64,000 nt of DNA from assembly GCA_964016885.1 (NCBI GenBank), contig OZ024741.1, positions 103,974,001-104,038,000 of the forward strand. Reading direction: 5' to 3'. Every line of letters begins with the position of its first letter. Within the stretch, counting starts at the first letter, position 1. Source of the stretch: Eledone cirrhosa. Taxonomy: Eukaryota. This document shows, in pieces, positions 1 through 12,736 of the stretch. The notes below the pieces were generated by a model. That model saw only the letters and a program-made list of their open reading frames with translations, was not told the DNA's origin and did no database searches. The position numbers were made by a program, and so were the translations under genes.

Positions 1-27
1 AAAAAAAAACTTTTAAAGGCTTCTTAC

Positions 28-99
28 CTGCAATATCCCAGAGTTGTAACTTGATTGATTCAGTCGGGCTCCATTGTATCAATTTCAGGCCAAAATCAA
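28..99 (-). CDS. Rab29 (Rab7L1)/Rab32/38-family small GTPase, second coding exon (gene continues beyond left edge)
   Basis: 72-nt exon bounded by AG (100-101) and GTAAG (23-27) on the minus strand. It translates (V)DFGLKLIQWSPTESIKLQLWDIAG; WDIAG rather than WDTAG is typical of the Rab32/38/29 group. Phase matches the exon at 7904-8027. Confidence 0.92.
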
Positions 100-2394
100 C
101 TGAATTGGGGGGGAAAAAAATGGAAGGGTTAACCCTTAACATCCTGAACCATATGAAACCACATGAACATGACATTCTTGAAAAATACAAAACAACACTG
201 ACTGCATCACAGTAAAAATTAGTATTTAGTTTACTGCAAATGTTCACAATGTATCCACTAGTAAAGACACTATAAACTTTTGAATTAACAAACCTGTTTT
301 TAGATACTTTCTATTAAATCATTGTAGGGTTTACACTGAAATGGTTGGGAATTTTTTTTTTTTTTTAAATCTAACATGATATTATCCATGCCTGCATGTG
401 ATATCCATACCAGTACAGCCACTTTTTCAGCTCACTTGTTGCATGGAAAATAGGTCTTGCACACAGACAGCGCAACCCTGGCAGTGCAACACAGACCATG
501 TAAATCTTACTTAACCTTTTTTTTTTCCAGTCAGCCAAGTGGTAGGTGACAATATACCCACTAAATTAAACACAGTCATTTTATTGTACTTTAAAACAAA
601 AAATAATAACTTTGCAAAAGAAGATTAAATAAGGCACATTGCTATTTTGCTTTTCAAAGCCAAATGTTACTTACATTACCTTAAAACACTAGATTACCTT
701 AAATGTTTAATCTCTTTTGTTCCTTTTTCTGCTTTTTACAAAAGTGACTGTTCTACATTTTATATTGTTTTATCCCCTCTAATCCTACTCCCATTCATCA
801 CTATACAACTGATCCAACATAAAAATAATAAATAAAACTATATATTGCCCTTGGGGAGTATAAGGTTATATCTAAATACACATCTCAGCATTACTTTAAT
901 TTTACAGAGGAAAATACTGACATTTGAAATGAGATGTTACAGAAAAATTATGGGCATCTTCCTGGAACATATGGTCAATTTTTGATAAAACACCCATTTC
1001 CAGTTCTATTAGATATTTTTCTGCATGCATGCATGTGTGTGTGCTTACAATTAATCTGACCGCCAAAGGCATTGCAAATGACTTTTTTTTTGCAGGGGGG
1101 GGGGGGGGGGGGGGGTCTTCATCCAGGTTTTCCATGTGTTCTCAATTAATCTGACCTCCAAAAGCGTTGCAAACAATTTTTTTTTTTTTTAACAGAAAAA
1201 TAGAGATAACCCTACAAAATAACCTGGAAAAGATAAAAAAATTCTCCCCAAAAGAAAACTATTTGGCATGGTTTCTATGACTGAATGCTCTTCTTAATGC
1301 CAACCATTTTACTGAGTGTATTTTATCATGTTGCAAGCATTTAGACCATATTTCTTATTTGAGGATACCCTCCTCCTATCAGTCTCAGAGCCTTGAAAAC
1401 AGTCCTCCCTGACTAAACAAAAAAAAAAAATATGAACCATCCAGTTTTATATCTATGATATGACTTAGTCATCAGAAACTATATCATAAATGTCATCATT
1501 TAACATCCATTTTTTTCCATGTTAGTATGGATTGGATGGGTTGTTACAGACCAAGTCAGTAGTTATCCAGAGTTACTCTCCTTCCAAATGAGCAGAGGAG
1601 GGACCACATCTCATGTCCTGTTTTTTTTTTTACTGGATGGATGCTTTTCCTATCACTAACCACTTCACAAAATGTACAAGATGCATTCTAATGTGTACCT
1701 GTGCTATGGAGGTTGTTATGTCCTTGAGACAACTGTCCTCTCAACCCTTTGTTTGGTATAGTTTCTATACCTGAATACCATTCCAATCACATTACAGAAT
1801 GTACTGGGTGTATTTTATTGTAGCTTCAGCACTAAGGAAGTCACCATGCCCTTAATACAACTGAAGAGTCTTCAACCATTTGTTTGGCAAGTTTTCTACA
1901 GCTGGATGCCCTTTGATAATAAAAAGACACGAAAAAAAAAAAAAACATTTCTGAGCAAATCTGATAAAATCTTAGAATTTTTGCAGGTTTTATGCTACAT
2001 AGGACTAAAATAAAATATGCTAGCACAATATGAAGATCCAGAACATGATAACAACATACATTAGATAAATAATCAGTTTATTTTGAGTTTCAAGTGCCTA
2101 CTTCAGATAGATATTTACAGTTTCAACAGAATGATTGTTCAATTTTCTTTATAGCAAGGTCACAGTTGTCAACTTGATTAGCATACTTCAAAGAGAGAGC
2201 AGACCTCCCACACACATTTATATGGAGTAGGTTCATCATCATCATCATCATCATTTAATGTCCATTTTTCCACACTTGTATGGGTTAGATGAATTGTCAC
2301 CTTAAGCAACAAGTCAGGTCAGAAGACCAACATGCTCATATGATAAATATATTCAATATTCATTCTTTACAGTGTAATATTTATTATACGAGTC

Positions 2395-2705
2395 TAGAGT
2401 ACCATTTTGATTATATTAAGCTGGATATAAGAGGAACCAGATGTAGTATGCAAGAGATACGACTGTACTGGTATGGACAAGTGATGCTTATGGATGATGA
2501 ACACTGGGTAAAAAAGTGCCATGTGATACCTTTGGAAGGAAACTGTAGTAGAGGAAGTCTGAGCAAAACATAGGCAGATGTGGTTAGAGCTGATCTTCAA
2601 AGAAGATATGGCAAAGGAATGCTATAAGTTGAGAGAAGATGCACTGGAAAGGACCAGTCCAATCCATACAAGCATGGAAAAAAAAAAATGTAAAATGATG
2701 CAGTA
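2395..2705 (+). mobile_element. Degenerate RTE-clade LINE 3' fragment
   Basis: Translation KLDIRGTRCSMQEIRLYWYGQVMLMDDEHWVKKC matches the C-terminus of the RTE copies at 57153-57671. Confidence 0.75.
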
Positions 2706-3871
2706 TGAAAAAAAAAAAAGTGTCAGTCCTTTAGTGTCATTTGTCTTTTCCAGTGCTGAGATGAGTTAAGGCATCCTTCTTGAACAAATCATAGATCAAT
2801 ATTTCTCTGTGACACTGTTTCAACTATCTTAGAAGATTGTCCTCTCATCATTCCAACATTCAAAGTGGCTACATGAAATATAGATTGATGTGAGATTTCT
2901 CAGGATGAAGATCTGATCAGCCCACAAGTCCAGAACTGTAGTGGTAAGTGGATATATATCGATGTACCAAGATTGTAGCCCCTAGCAGATAAGGAAAAAG
3001 GCAACTACATAAGACCTGGGAGGAGCTAATCAGGGATCTGAAAGCCTGGAACTTGAACCAAAACTTATCCATGGAACAAACAATCAGGAGAAATGCTTTG
3101 AAAGAGGCTACCAAAGCGGTTAATGCTTCACAAGTAAAGAAGACGTTAAACCAGACGACGATGAGTCATCATTTTATGTTCCCTATTCCATGCGTGCATG
3201 GGTTGGACAGGTGTTCTCCAACATAGCTTATTGTATTCCCTCATCATCTCATCTGTGAAGTTTGGTGTTTTGAGATTAGCTTTCACTACCTCTTCCTTCC
3301 AGTCATATGAAAACTATCATTACTTCAAAATGTCAAATCTAAATACAATAGAACTGTAAAACTTGAAAGAAATAATGCCATGTTTATGAGCTGCCATTAT
3401 ACAATAATGCATTGATCCTTTAGTTGAAATATCAGGAAAGGAAAGAAAAGGAGCCACCCATAAGATCATTCGATTGTTGATACAGTCTACCAGCTGCAAC
3501 GCCTGGCAGAAAGTGAAAGAATTTGAACTCAGAACACACAAAGCCAGATGAGATACTGCAAAGCAGCCTGTACAACTTTTTAATAATTCCACCAATCCAC
3601 TACCCTGGATTGGTGCTTTAAAGGCCATGAAAGGATGAAAGGCAAAGTTGATCTTGGCAGGATTTAAACTCAAAATGTAACTAAATAAAGGTCCAAGTCA
3701 AGAACAATACAACAGAGCACAATGAGCCTGGACAAATACCAAGACATTTAATCAGACGTCTTATAGACTGTATTTTTATCTGTTAGTCTTTTAGTTGTTA
3801 TTCTCATTGTATAACAATCTGGAGGGGGAGCAATTGTAGTGAGGTGGGTACATGTGAGAAAACACATTTAA

Positions 3872-4060
3872 CCCTTTAGCATTTAAACCGGATGTATCCA
3901 GCCAGAATTCTCACTTCTTTCTGTTAAAACCGGCTGTTAAGGTATAGTTCTCTAAATAAATATCAAAATCTCATAGATTCGATATTATGTGAGATAAGCG
4001 AGGTAAAGCTTTTACTGGGAAAATTAATAGTAAATATAGAGCAATGTAAATGCTAGAGAG
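3872..4060. mobile_element. piggyBac-type (TTAA) MITE, degenerate copy in opposite orientation
   Basis: TTAA|CCCTTTAG start; internal sequence is reverse-complement similar to the copies at 9638-9834 and 19625-19844. Confidence 0.7.
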
Positions 4061-4750
4061 TAGCATTTACCAAGGAGTCCTTGGTAGTGAAAAAGTTGGG
4101 AGCTACTAAGTTATAAGATAAAAATAAATAAGTTTTGGTGGCCCTTTTTATTAAAATAAAGATGTTTGCTTTCAAAAGGAAAAAAAAAATTTTAATTTGT
4201 TATAATTCTCTTTCTTTAAAAAAAAAATTTCTCATAGCTACATATATAGCTATTTTTTGTTTGTTCCTTTTGGTGGAGGGGTGTTTTTTTTTTCTGGTTA
4301 AGCCAACAAGCCTATAGTTTCTTCAACTTATTATTTCTGTTTGCAGCAGAGTATGAAATCTCACGAACACATTTCAATTGGTTTTTGAGAATATTCATGA
4401 TTGCTTTCTATGGCCAACTACATCCCACGAACAAATGGCCAGCATGCTGGAGGAGTAATGGGGGTTTGTGAGTCGGAATTGATACTGCAAATCATTTCGT
4501 TCAACATTTTTAACAATTCGTACTAGATTGGTACTTTTTTGTGTGTGTTTCCGTAATTTCGAGTTTAAAAAATGATATGTTGATGTATTCCTATGCAAAA
4601 TCTATGATCATATAATTGATATTATCAACATGAAATTGGAAGGAATGATGAGAAATTTTCTGAGTCTACGTTTAACTTGGGACAAACAAACCAAAGGTAT
4701 TCAGTAAAAGAAAGTATTAACCAATGGAACTATACACAATAATATAAGTG

Positions 4751-4786
<36 letters not shown>

Positions 4787-6209
4787 TATACTATGAACAT
4801 TTCAATGACCGTGTTCAGTATGAATCCGGTGACATCAGGTATTCCGAAATTTATCAAACAAAGGAATATAATGATAAACACAATCCAAGGGGGTGAAAAG
4901 CAGAGAAGGGGGCTGAAAAGCAGAGAAGGCGGCCAAAAATTAGCAGTTGCTAGTCCGGGCGGCCGCCTTCATATATATATATATATATATATAACGAAGG
5001 AAATGTGGTAAGGAACCAGGTGGACCATATATATATATATATATATATATATAAATTACATGTTACTTTGATTAAAACGTATTTTCCTCATTCAATTTTA
5101 ATATTTCAATAAATCATTCCAAGTTTACATATACAAATCCTATATATATCAGACCCATCGCCAAGGCGAGCGGGTGCACTAGATGGCACCGCCTCTACTT
5201 TTAAATAGAGCACCAGCAGATTTAGGAAATAGAGTTTATAAGAAACAACCGGAAAAAAGTTCCTTGTAATCATGACTTTACTAACAAAACAAGAATAATA
5301 GAAGCTAGTCAAAACATTCCCGGGGGTGTTCAAAGACCCCACCGCCTCTAAGTACCAAAACTTGGCGACGTGCCTGATATGTAGTCAAGAGCGCACACTT
5401 AATTACAATGTAAATATAAAACGACTTCCTAGTTACACTCATGACAATTATGAATGTAAAACGACAACCACGAGATTAAAAATTAAATATGCCAATTGTG
5501 AAGATCTAATTGTTGTTAATGGAAAATATTTTTATTATAGTTGTTGCAAATATGTTTTAAATATATACATAAATTACATAACAAATAAGTAAATAGCACC
5601 AAAAATTGCTCGCAATTCGTTCAGAAGGACGTCAAAACCGTGTATAATGACACAAAATATAAATTCATAAACAAAAATGATAAAGGAAAGAAAGAAGGAA
5701 AAAGAAATAGAGAATGAAAGAAACAGTTGAATAATTAGAATCAGTTTATACTGATGATTTTTTAATAAGACCTATTCAGATGACGTTATAATGAAATACT
5801 GGTAACTTGACGAACAACACCCATCCTTAACAGAGAAAAGCTACATCAGGTTAAATGCAGTAATGCATCTAACCAAATAAAAATGAAACATTTCGAAAAA
5901 CTGTCAAATAAAAGAAACTATAATATAAAAATTGCTCTCAGAAAAACTTTATGCAATTATGTAGTTACAAATACCGATTCTATTTTTTTTAAATGCATAA
6001 AGAAACAATACTATACTTATGCAGGAAGTTCAATAAAGAATTTGTCTATTATAGATTATCTGAAATCTAATATTCAAAGTGTTAGTAATAGCTTTGTTTA
6101 TATACTTCACTTTTCTGACGAACGATTTCAGGAGCACAATTATACTTGGTATTTTTGGTGAACGCCTCCATAATATATATATTTTAATTAATAGTGTGAA
6201 GATGGGAAG

Positions 6210-6330
6210 GGGAGTAGCAGAGGCGTTAGAACGTTAGCTATAATGCTCTGAGTTCGAATCCCGACGAAATCAAATTTGCCTTTCGAGGTCGATATAAAAA
6301 AGTACCAGTCTGGAGGTCATTTCCATATCT
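6210..6330 (+). mobile_element. tRNA-derived SINE (Meta-domain-like body), degenerate
   Basis: B-box-like GAGTTCGAATCC followed by TTTGCCTTTC...GGTCGATA..AAGTACCAG. Related copies lie near 3510-3680, 7610-7740, 9843-10020 and 47730-48240. Confidence 0.65.
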
Positions 6331-6836
6331 TTCATTCTCTGGAAGAAATCGACTGCCGCCATGTTTAATACAAAAAAAAAAAATACAATGATGTCGGGAT
6401 GACTGTTGAACAAAATTTCTAGTTCGATACTTCAAGTGTGAAACAGTAGATGACAACGACTGGGGAAAGCAAATGTCGCTGTAGTCGTGCTGGGAGATAC
6501 AGAGGTTAGAAATAACACGTCTCTAAGCCATTGTGTGAAGAGTATAAGCGAGCAAATCTTTGCTAATTTGCTGGATGATCTTTTGACGAGATACAGTCTA
6601 GGATGTTTGCTCGTCTAGCAACAGCACTATTCCAAAGATGTAGACAATACAATTCAATATTGTACAAAAATAATAATAAAATATCTAATTAAACAAGGAG
6701 TGTGATTGAAACAATCCATTTTCAGCTGAAGTCATCGCGTCAGTATTGTGTAGATGCGACTTCTAGAGAAAACGTTCTCATGAAAACAATAATGATGATT
6801 AACCCAGGAATATCTAGAGAACATGATACTTTACGC

Positions 6837-6982
6837 CAGATATGGGCAACCTTTTTCGAGCAGTGGGTCGCATATGATGTGGTTCAACATAAGGTAGGCC
6901 GCACTACTAAAATATTCAAGGCAACTTGAAAATTAGACGTGCCATTCAGAAAGCCAAACGGGCCGCAATTAGCCCATAACTG
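6837..6982. mobile_element. hAT (Charlie-type) MITE
   Basis: TIRs CAGATATGGGC / GCCCATAACTG; 8-bp TSD ctttacgc / ctttaagc (7/8); subterminal GGGCCGCA motifs. Confidence 0.8.
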
Positions 6983-7903
6983 CTTTAAGCTAAGGAATGA
7001 GGATACCTGTAAACGATCGTTTGACCTGCTAGAAATAGCATCTAAACCTCCTTCACATTACACATTAGAGAAGTGGTATGGCTACAGTTTGTGCCCACCC
7101 TGACAGTCTGAGTTTGTTCAACTTTCCATCTACGAAAAAGACAATTCAGTTGCCCAAAAGTGGTGGCCAAGGGTTGGACTATACTATCCCTATATGATAG
7201 GCCTTATCACTCAATGAAAAAAATGAGTTTGTTAAATTCCACAAAATTTCAAAATTATTTGTAACACACTGACAGCGTATTTCACGAAAGGAAGCCGTTT
7301 TAAAGAATTCCTTGTTTCCTACCCCACGAGACCATTACATGCTAGCCTAGAGATTAGTGTAGTTAATCACCCGATGAGCTGGGTTTACAACGGTTTCCGT
7401 TCTCGTTTGTAGTTTATTCTTTGTGCATGCATGAGCTCTTAACTCCTGACAGAATCGTAGGGTTTCCGTAGTGATATACGGCGTGTCGTGGGCATTTAAA
7501 CCTGGTGGTGGCCATCCTTCTCCAAGTGTGAACAGTCGATTTCTTCCAGCAAAAGAGAAAGTGAATGCAAGAGAGAGAAAGTGAAAAAAGAAATAGAGGA
7601 AGAATCATGCCCCAGTACTGGACTGTTACTTATCTATCGACCTCGAAAGGTTGAAAGTCAAAGTTGACGTTGGCAGGATTTGAACTTAGAGCCGAAACGA
7701 ATACAGCGAAACATTTTCTCCGACGTCATTTCTCCGCCTCTATTTTTTATTGAAAGGCACAAATATCACATCTAGTAGATGAGTGTATCTAGAATTCAGA
7801 TGTGTAAGTACTGCCAGGAATTAAGGCCTTCTTAAGGCTTGTGGTCAGTAACACACGCAGACCACCTCTCTATATAATAAATGAATGAATAAGTGTTACT
7901 CAC

Positions 7904-8027
7904 CTCCTATTGTCCACTTGTATGTCCCTCGGAAAGTATTATTAATATACCTCTGTACGAACGATGTTTTTCCCACATTTGGATCCCCAATTACGAGAAC
8001 TTTGAAAAGGATTTCAGTTTCAGACAT
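7904..8027 (-). CDS. Rab29 (Rab7L1)/Rab32/38-family small GTPase, first coding exon
   Basis: ATG at 8027; MSETEILFKVLVIGDPNVGKTSFVQRYINNTFRGTYKWTIG with P-loop GDPNVGKTS. It ends at donor G|GTGAGT (7903) and joins in phase 1 to exon 28-99, giving TIGVDF. GD..VGKTS.VQRY looks more like Rab29 than Rab32/38. Confidence 0.92.
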
Positions 8028-8910
8028 CGAGGCTTGTAAGTGAACATAAAAAATTAAAAATAACAAATAGCAATGTGCTGTGGAGAACGTGTCCTCGCAT
8101 TTACAGCAGTAGATTAAGTAGTAAGTTCTGGTATTTATGTCTTTCAAAAGAAGTATTAGCTATTTTTCTTCTTTGGTTCCTTTAGCTTCCCATGGAGCAA
8201 TGGGCGACGAGAGATCTTCATTCCGCGTGGCTACGAGCTTTGTTTATATACTTACTCCTAAGCCAGATATCTGCTCGTCGTTTCTGTAGCAACTTTGATT
8301 AGTGGAGGTAAGGTTGCTAGCCTCGTACTCCATCCATTCTCAACAGAGGCCAAAAACTAACCTAGTATTTCGAAGCGAATGGGTGTGGCGGGATTCATTT
8401 TAGGTACTGTCAGCTGGGCCTGAGATTCAAATCACTTCACTATCAGCTACCATGCAGGATCACAAATTCCATTCTCTGGGAATTTACTATGCGGTTCTGA
8501 CAAGCTCTTTTATAAGGTTCGCTATAATCTATTGGAATTTTCCTATAATACTAATTGGTTTATTAACTTCGGAAGGATGAAATGCAATGTTGAAACCCGC
8601 GTGATTTGAACACACATAATTGGGTCAAATCAGAAATGAAAAGCATTTGTGCCAGTTTGAGCCGCGAGAAAATAATTCAATATCATTATTGAATTCGAAG
8701 CAGTTATCTCTTACTGAACCTTTCATGCAGTATAACAATTGTTTAAAAGTCTTATTTTCACTAAGAAAAAAAAGTGTAATATACGTAATGTATTCAAGTG
8801 TTATTGTGTCCTCCAACCAAATATGAGTGTACACAAAGTTACGAATCTATGTTTTAATATGTACATTGCAAGACGTGTTTTATTCTATACAGTTTTATAT
8901 ATATAGATGT

Positions 8911-9573
8911 CAGACCTGTCAACTCTCCCCGTGTCCCCGCTAGAACATAAAATCTCCCCGTTTTTGACAAACTTACAAAACACTCCATGAAAACTGCCGT
9001 TTCGAATATTTTGCAATATTTCTATTTGCTTTGTGTTTTGCGACTGCTTATTCCAGAAATTCTTTTTTTAAATATGTTTGTTTATTTGATAATAAAAGAA
9101 AAGATGTTTATCACATTTATTCAGATGAGACAGGAAATAACCGACAAGACTAAGATTATTTTCCTGGGAGCGAAACACCCTGTCACAAGTGAGTCCCCCC
9201 CCCCCCCCCATACACACACACACCCTCAAGATGTTATCAATTCAGCAAAGAAAGCTTCAAAAACATACAACGATAAGCATAAATCATCGACATCATAAAA
9301 TACAAAAGGAACTGATTTGCAACTGGATCTCTTTTGTTAGTTTTGCTTTTTTTTTTTTTTATTTGTAACAAACTTAGTTTTATTTGAAAGACTTTATTCG
9401 TAAAATTTCATTTGAAATCATTACAGATGTTCTTCCATAAACATTTGCAATAGCCTTTGGGGGTCGGTGAGATACGTCTTCTCTTGTGAAAATGGGTATA
9501 GCTTTCATTATGTAAAATCTCCCCATCTTGCCTCATTTCTCCCCGTTTGGGGTTTTAGAGGTTGGCAGGCATG
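8911..9573. mobile_element. Probable non-autonomous hAT-like element
   Basis: Imperfect TIRs CAGACCTGTCAACTCT / AGAGGTTGGCAGGCATG and repeated TCTCCCC subterminal motifs. The TSD is not clean. Confidence 0.5.
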
Positions 9574-9637
9574 ATACGTGACACACACGCCTTCTAACCC
9601 CTCTGTATGAATCAATGGGCCCCGCGAAGCAAATTAA

Positions 9638-9834
9638 CCCTTTAGTATTCACATTACTCTATATATACTACTGTATTTTAATGGTAAAGGCTTTACCTCA
9701 CATAATATCGAATCTATGAGATTTTGAAAGTATTTATTTTGAGAACAATACCTTAACATCAGTTTGAGTGACCAGTTACAGCCAGTTTCAACAGAAAGAG
9801 GTAGAGAATTCTGGTCGGTTTGAACATTAAAGGG
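9638..9834. mobile_element. piggyBac-type MITE
   Basis: TTAA|CCCTTTA...TAAAGGG|TTAA; near-identical copy at 19625-19844. Confidence 0.85.
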
Positions 9835-9842
9835 TTAAGTAG

Positions 9843-10020
9843 AGGCTTGGTAGAATAGTTAAGGCGTCGAATAAAATGCTGTGGCATTTGTTCCAGCTCT
9901 TTACGGTCTGGGTTCAAATCGCACCGAAATCAACTTTGTCTTTCATCCTTCCGTAGACGATAAAATAAAGTATCGATTAAGTACTGGAACCGATATAATC
10001 GACTTTATTCTCAATTCAAG
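9843..10020 (+). mobile_element. tRNA-derived SINE (Meta-domain-like body)
   Basis: A-box-like TGGTAGAATAGTTAAG, B-box GGTTCAAATC, then CAACTTTGTCTTTCATCCTTCCG..GACGATAAAATAAAGTA. Confidence 0.7.
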
Positions 10021-10975
10021 TTGTTGACATACGAACCGTATCCGCGGTTGTTTGTGAGAATGGCTATGGACATCACAGTTACTAGTTTTTCCCCCAAAAC
10101 ATCATACTGCATGTCACAGTATAGCTAAAAATTCGCAAGCTAGGCGAATAATTGTGAATCGGTTTCAGTTTATTTTACAGAAATCTAATAAATGTTAGAG
10201 CAATTTGTTTGTTTGTTTTTCTCTAATGAAAATTGAAATTATCAAACTTTAAAACTATGCAAAATAAAAAAACATTAAATTATTTGTCAATCTGTATGAC
10301 AGTGTCCTAATGAATTAGTAGAAAGTTAATAAAGGTGACGAATAAAGAAATTAAATAATGTTATAGAAAGAAGGAACACAATATAAAACGAAATCAAAAC
10401 AGAAATAAATACATGTGAAAAGGCTACACACATTATTACGACAGGGTAAGAGCGATTTTGCGAAAATAAAATAAAAGATTAAAAAAGCTGATATTCACCT
10501 AAGAGAATGCAAGTACCTCCTTAACAAGTTTATCCAGATGGTGGTAGTGGTAACCTAAGGAGAAAGCGTGAAACGGTTTATGAAGGAAATTCATTCAGTC
10601 AAAATGTAACGCTTCATAAAAGATATCAAATAGACAGGGTGTGGTGGAGGAAGAGGAACTGGAAAAAAAAAGGAGAGAGAAAACATAGGCTATCAGAAAT
10701 GATTAGAGTTTATAGTAATGTGAGAGAGTGAGCGAGTAAGGATTATAGTAATTGTGATTAGCGTTCACATGACTTTAGTAATCCTGGAGGGTGGGAGGGA
10801 AAACAATGAATGACCGCTTTAACAACTCACGGCATATTATAAAACTGTTGCCTTTTATTTCCTTCCCGATTCTTGTTTCTTTCATTAAAAAAACAAAACT
10901 GCTGCACTTTTATACACACACACAAATATATATGTGTTTGTGTGTAATATATAATATATATATATATAGAAAAAA

Positions 10976-11041
10976 GTATGACCCCGACGGCAGAGCTCAA
11001 GCCGTTTCGAAACGGCTTGAACTCTGCCGTCGGGGTCATAC
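10976..11041. repeat. 66-nt near-perfect palindrome (one mismatch)
   Basis: GTATGACCCCGACGGCAGAGCTCAAGCCGTTTC|GAAACGGCTTGAACTCTGCCGTCGGGGTCATAC, centre at 11008/11009. Confidence 0.95.
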
Positions 11042-11124
11042 GTTTTCCTATTTCCCACTCTACTACCCTAAGTATTGAGTACTCTGGGGCGTTATGTCCA
11101 TCTGGTTCCTTACCACAATTCCTT

Positions 11125-11166
<42 letters not shown>

Positions 11167-11414
11167 TAGCAAAGTACCTGTAATAAATGACGGGGTTTAT
11201 AGTAAAAAGAATTTAATAATTCCTTGATAACAATATTATAGATGTTGCTATACTACTGACCAAAGGGTGAATGCCGTGTCAACACTTGCGGCCCGGCTCC
11301 CTTAGAGTGTAAGAAGTTAGGGATCGAAACGCTCGCCTGAGGTGAGTCTCTTCTCTAAAGACTTTCTGTTGTCCAGCTCTCCTGAGAGTTTCTTAGCACT
11401 TCTCTTTCTCTCTC

Positions 11415-11455
<41 letters not shown>

Positions 11456-12040
11456 TAAAAGAGAAACCACAGCTAAGCATTAAAAAAAGGATTTTATCCA
11501 GGTATTTACGACCGTTTCATTGGTAAGTGCAACCTTATATTGCTATACTGCTAATAGCAGCCACTCAATAATAATTGTTGTACACGTCCAAATTTTCAAA
11601 ATAGTGAATAAGTTACTCTTAACAAGTTCTTAATATATAGATAAAAACATTTTTTTGGAATTGTATTTGCTAGTATAGAGAGAGAGGAAGAGGAATTAGA
11701 AAGTGGAGGGACAAAGGGAGTAGTATAGAGAGAGAGGAATAGGGAGAAGAATTAGGAAGTAGGGTGACAAACTGAGATGGAGCGAGGGGTATAGGTGGAA
11801 GGAATCTTTGATCAGTTTTGATATATGTAGACATGATGTCATTGATTTAGAGTGTAGTGAGTTAAAGAGAATTAAATTGTTTATAGTGGGAGGGATGGAG
11901 AGAGAGAGGAGGGGAGATAGAGAGATACCGGTACCCCGGCCGATTAACTCACTCGATATGCAAATTAGGCTGCTCAGCCGTTAATATGCATGAGGAAAGT
12001 ATATACTTTCAGACGTTCAATCATCTGGCAGAAAACTATA

Positions 12041-12081
12041 CGTTGCTGACGATAGCTAATAAGCTTGAAACTAATACAGCG
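12041..12081 (+). ncRNA. Minimal type-I hammerhead ribozyme-like motif
   Basis: CGUUG-CUGACGA-U-AGCU(AAUA)AGCU-U-GAAA-CUAA-UA-CAGCG. Stem I pairs, both core boxes are present and stem II is AGCU/AGCU, but stem III is imperfect (C/A where C-G is expected). Confidence 0.6.
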
Positions 12082-12736
12082 TTCCTTTATCAGTGTTGAA
12101 CAAATGAGCAACGATGGTTGCTAGACACTGTACGGCTTAATTCGGGATGTTTGTTTACAAACACACCGAGCATTATAATAAATGTTCGGTGAATCCATAC
12201 GTACATATATATGTGTGCATGTATGTATATATATATATACATACTACTGTACGTCTGTATACATATATGTATGTACGTATACATACTTATATTTAAATAT
12301 ATATATATATAAATAATAATAATAATAATAATAAATAAATAAAATAAAGAAGGGAGGGGGAGAAAGAAGAAAAGAAAAGACATCAAAAAAAGGAGAGAGA
12401 AGAAAGGAAGAAAGCGAAAAGAAATGAAGGAGAAGGGAGGGATGTAGGTATTGTTTTTTGTGGGTAATTAAAGGGGTTGTATACAATAAGAGGGTAGAAA
12501 GTCTAAGTATATGCAGTTTGTCAGGTGGTAGTAGTAAGAGATTAAGGGTTCGATTTGCACTTGTAGTGCGAAAACTTTTCTTTGAGTCTATGGTTACAAT
12601 AAATTGATCTTTCGATTTTATTGTTGAGTAACTTATTCTTCGAACTCAAAATGTGGAACAGCTCAAGGTCACATAATCGACAGCTTCTCATACCACTCCG
12701 ATATGGGGGCGCGTTCGATATACACACCGTTACGCA

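Noticed and set aside
902-1135. 77-aa ORF with poly-proline
   Set aside because: It derives from a G homopolymer and has no domain similarity. The G/C runs at 9195, 25314 and 38212 were likewise not called as functional G-quadruplexes.
7896-8147. 83-aa ORF as given in the track
   Set aside because: The upstream half is probably intron/UTR and the end runs through the splice donor. The supported exon is 7904-8027.
8160-8520. HDV-like ribozyme in an RTE-like 5' UTR remnant
   Set aside because: GGTTGCTAGCC resembles RTE leaders, but I could not build the nested pseudoknot.
11166-11420. Helitron (minus-strand hairpin plus CTAG at 11166-11169)
   Set aside because: The hairpin is imperfect and no matching 5' TC end could be defined.
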